IMG/VR virus record: IMGVR_UViG_3300010348_001338
Coordinates: 1 to 52,077 of that record
Reading direction: 5' to 3' (one strand)
Source of the DNA: a virus
DNA: 52,077 nt
Shown: piece by piece, positions 49,404-52,077 of the stretch
How the letters are laid out: every line of letters begins with the position of its first letter
How positions within the stretch are numbered: the first letter of the stretch is position 1
Notes under the pieces: model-generated
What the model was told of the DNA's origin: nothing
Seen by the model: only the letters and a program-made list of their open reading frames with translations
The model's database searches: none
Made by a program: the position numbers and the translations under genes

Positions 49404-51262
49404 AAGGTGTTCGTCCTGTAGGTGATGGGTACACAGCCTTATGTCCAGCTCACGATGATCACAAGAATTCCCTATCCCTGCGAGAACTCCCCGATGGAAG
49501 TGTCGTACTCAATTGTTTTGCAGGTTGCAACTATGTAGATATCCTGGAGCAGCTCGAGGGTACAGGCCCAAGGATCCACATCAACAATGTACCTGAGAAG
49601 GTTACTACGCAATCTCCTCGGGAGTGGTGGGAGCAGTACACTCAGATTCCCTCCCACTTCTGGGAGACACTCGGAGTCAAGTATGATCTAGGATCCGTTG
49701 TCTTCACTTGGCGGGAAGTTGATTCAAAGAAGAAGAGACGTTCAGGCACGAAGGAGTTCTCTTGGGAATCTTCAGGGAGCACAACTCCTCCCTTCTGGCC
49801 TTCAATGCCAGAGACTCTGCCTGAGAGAATTTGGATTTCTGAGGGGGAGTCAGATTGTGGTATTCTGAGATATCTCGGTCTTGAGGCATACGCACTGACG
49901 AAGGGTGCACAATCTGCTCCTGAGATTCTTACGAGGTCGGCTTCCTATCTTCACCATCTAGGCGTCAAAGAGATTGTCTACGTCCCAGACATCGATGAAG
50001 CTGGGCAAAAGAGCCTCCAAGCTGTCTCACAGGCTCTCACAGGCTCATCTATTGAGCTCAAGAGTGTTGATCTATCAAAGCTTATCAACCCACTCCTTGG
50101 GGAGAAGGATCTTCGGGATCTTTGGCGACGAGTCAGGGATGTAACTGGGCTGAAGTCAACGTTGATCAGTCTGGTTCGTGTGATCAGGGAGTCATCATCT
50201 CCAGACTGGATCTCAGCTTCAGATCTCTTACAGACGAGATTACAAGAGCACCCTTGGCTTGTTGAACGAACAGTTTTCACGAACACAGTCGGAATGATTG
50301 TGGGGAGTCCCAAGATGCGGAAGAGTTGGCTTGCTCTCGATTTGGGGCTGAGCATTGCAACGAATACTCCTTTTCTCGGTCAGTTTGATGTTATCCAGCC
50401 AGGCCCTGTAGTCTACATTTCGAAGGAAGACCCTGATTATGCATTGCAAGATCGTATAGCTAAGATTCTCGTCTCGAAGGGCTTCGGGGGTTCAATCAGG
50501 AAACTACCCAATGGACACACGACCGTCAGACTCCCTTCACGTGAGGAAGTGCCTCTTCTGACAGATCTGTCGAGAACCTTCTTCTTCTCACCACAGCAGA
50601 TTGACATTCTGCTCGCTCGGTTGACGAAGTTCAAGGAGCAATACGGGTACATCTCGTTGATCATCTTTGACCCAATTCTCAGGATGCTCTCTGACATCGA
50701 TGAATTCAAGGCTTCAGACATCAACCGAGTTCTCTTCGATCCAGTATCCCAGATCATTCGGGAAATCGGCTCTTCAGCCATTCTTGTACACCATAGATCT
50801 AAAGGAGGGGGAGACTCGAAGAACAGCTACGGGTCGGTAGCCTTTCATGCTTTCTCAGACTCAACACTTTACGTACAGGGCAATGAAGTACCCGACGATG
50901 GGTGGGTTCACGTCAAGAATGAATTCAAATCATCGAGTGAGTTCAGCTGGAGATACAACTTCAGGGATCTCGATACATCCTACTCCGTCGAGGTAGATTT
51001 CTCGAATCAACGAACGAACCCGGCTATCCCTGAGATTGTAGAATTCCTGAGGAAGTCTCCTGGCAGATCTGCTGCTGAAATTCAAGCGAAGTTCTCAGAT
51101 ATGATGATCTCACAGGTCCGGGAGATCTTGAGATCACTAGAAGCTTCGGGTCAGATATATCGTGAGAAGGAGAAGACAAAGGAAGGACGATCAGGCCCCA
51201 GGAGGGATCTCTGGTTTGCAGCTCCAGAGGACGCAGAAAATCTCTCCGAAATTGATGGTTGA
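49361..51262 (+). CDS. Bifunctional primase-helicase (zinc finger, TOPRIM, RepA/DnaB-like P-loop)
   Basis: CPAHDDHKNSLSL zinc-finger motif, TOPRIM WISEGESDCG...VPDIDEAG, and Walker A GSPKMRKSW with Walker B LIIFDP. Confidence 0.8.
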   Translation: MSRTYPLDWWLERLEGVRPVGDGYTALCPAHDDHKNSLSLRELPDGSVVLNCFAGCNYVDILEQLEGTGPRIHINNVPEKVTTQSPREWWEQYTQIPSHFWETLGVKYDLGSVVFTWREVDSKKKRRSGTKEFSWESSGSTTPPFWPSMPETLPERIWISEGESDCGILRYLGLEAYALTKGAQSAPEILTRSASYLHHLGVKEIVYVPDIDEAGQKSLQAVSQALTGSSIELKSVDLSKLINPLLGEKDLRDLWRRVRDVTGLKSTLISLVRVIRESSSPDWISASDLLQTRLQEHPWLVERTVFTNTVGMIVGSPKMRKSWLALDLGLSIATNTPFLGQFDVIQPGPVVYISKEDPDYALQDRIAKILVSKGFGGSIRKLPNGHTTVRLPSREEVPLLTDLSRTFFFSPQQIDILLARLTKFKEQYGYISLIIFDPILRMLSDIDEFKASDINRVLFDPVSQIIREIGSSAILVHHRSKGGGDSKNSYGSVAFHAFSDSTLYVQGNEVPDDGWVHVKNEFKSSSEFSWRYNFRDLDTSYSVEVDFSNQRTNPAIPEIVEFLRKSPGRSAAEIQAKFSDMMISQVREILRSLEASGQIYREKEKTKEGRSGPRRDLWFAAPEDAENLSEIDG

Positions 51263-51287
51263 TTTCTATCTGAAAACTCTATATAAT
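51259..51287 (+). promoter_or_regulatory. Sigma70-type promoter, class B
   Basis: TTGATT (51259-51264, overlapping the primase stop), 17 nt spacer, TATAAT (51282-51287). Confidence 0.75.
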
Positions 51288-51317
51288 TAGATATAACTTG
51301 AAAGTGAAGGAGAAGAC

Positions 51318-51854
51318 ATGGCTACTTTAGATCTCAGTCGTCGACGTGCAATTGCCCTGGCTATGCATTTCCAGGGAGTCTCATACTCAGGGGCCCACAG
51401 TCTTGAACAGGCAGAGGATCTCTGGGTCAAAACGCTTCTGGATCAAGGTCTCACGAAGGACCAAGTGGAACGTGTGATCAAGGTAGATACCGACTCGTTC
51501 GAGAAAGAGATTCTGAAAGGTGAATTCTCGGATGAAGTCAGCTCTATTGCTGATCCGGCCCTCCTGGCAATGAAAGCAGCAACCCCTGAAGAGATCGAAG
51601 CTTCCCGAACGAAACGATCCCGGGCAAGCAAACCTCAAGGGGAAGCTCCCAGCCAGAGTCCAAAAGCGGAAGCTGTCACAGAAAGCCTGCCTGTAGGTAC
51701 GAGGATTACGGTGCAAGGCAAATCCTGGGAAGGCTTCATCGCGACCATCGAGGGTGAGGAAGGATCCCACTATCTGGTTGCTACACCCACGAAGAAAGGC
51801 TCGATCTGGCGTGGCAAGATTCGCAAATCCGCGGTGATGGGAGTGATAAGCTAG
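51318..51854 (+). CDS. Early protein with C-terminal GKSWEGF beta-barrel domain
   Basis: 178 aa with a GAAGGAGAAG RBS. The C-terminus reads ITVQGKSWEGFIATIEGEEGSHYLV. Confidence 0.65.
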   Translation: MATLDLSRRRAIALAMHFQGVSYSGAHSLEQAEDLWVKTLLDQGLTKDQVERVIKVDTDSFEKEILKGEFSDEVSSIADPALLAMKAATPEEIEASRTKRSRASKPQGEAPSQSPKAEAVTESLPVGTRITVQGKSWEGFIATIEGEEGSHYLVATPTKKGSIWRGKIRKSAVMGVIS

Positions 51855-51950
51855 CGTGGGTTGGAGTTTCAAGCCTGCAAGAATTGCAGGATTCCCAGGT
51901 GGTCATATAGCAGGAGACCTATTGTTTTTCCAAAGAGGCATTGATTTGGC

Positions 51951-52077
51951 AAGGGAGATCATAAAAAATGGGGAAAGATACCATGGAAGATGGGGGACCC
52001 ACAAATGACGAGAAGGGTGGGATGTCCCATTTGGTTTACTTGACTCTCGAAGTCGAGATTCGGGAGATCTTACATTC
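51951..52077. repeat. Terminal direct repeat, identical to 1..127
   Basis: See the feature at 1..127. It contains the RBS and the first 110 nt of ORF 18..683. Confidence 0.95.

Noticed and set aside
51941-51969. Possible 16th promoter (TTGATT at 51941-51946) upstream of ORF 18..683
   Set aside because: No acceptable -10 lies at 16-18 nt (only TAAAAA/AAAAAT). The presumed SD (GGGAG, 51953-51957) would fall inside the spacer. ORF 18 is more likely co-transcribed from the promoter at 51259.
1-52077. Search for a lysogeny module, transposase, DNA methyltransferase or toxin-antitoxin pair
   Set aside because: No ORF showed the R..H.R..Y tyrosine-recombinase pattern, serine-recombinase motifs, a CI/Cro-like divergent pair, DDE motifs or SAM-binding (FxGxG, DPPY) methyltransferase motifs. 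Absence by eye is not proof and needs HMM searches.

Overview
The window is a complete dsDNA tailed-phage genome, siphovirus-like with an HK97-type head. The first 127 nt are identical to the last 127 nt, so the unique length is about 51,950 bp and the contig closes into a circle or is terminally redundant. All genes but one are on the + strand. Transcription appears to run from 15 copies of a sigma70-type promoter (TTGATT, 16-17 nt spacer, TATAAT), many sitting inside a roughly 60-bp conserved block. Modules, in order: (1) small early genes, including a YhhQ-like queuosine-precursor transporter and a DnaQ-like exonuclease (18-5208). (2) RHH protein, TerS candidate, TerL and portal (5577-9455). 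(3) A promoter-bounded 4-gene cassette of lectin/Ig-like proteins, one with nine ~20-aa tandem repeats (9694-12404). (4) MuF-like protein, prohead protease and major capsid protein, followed by three glycosyltransferase genes inside the head module (17057-19138). (5) Connector and tail genes, with a -1 frameshifted tail chaperone, the tape measure and three tandem ~210-aa paralogues (19417-28507). (6) Lysis cassette (28603-30440). (7) RNase H, the only minus-strand gene. (8) A second early region containing a visibly GC-richer mosaic block with a Lar-like gene and a tRNA 3' fragment (32662-34164). (9) An operon of unknown function, including a CxxCxxCC (YkgJ-type) protein, followed by a promoter-driven tRNA-Trp with an atypical anticodon loop. 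(10) Replication and recombination genes: DUF932, SNF2 helicase, RuvC-like, Cas4-like nuclease, Sak4-like ATPase, DUF669, UDG-PolA fusion and primase-helicase. This last module also holds a QueF-QueC-(DpdA-like) cluster that suggests 7-deazaguanine modification of the DNA. No integrase, repressor, CRISPR array or transposase was recognised. All family assignments come from motif recognition by eye and need HMM or structure searches to confirm.
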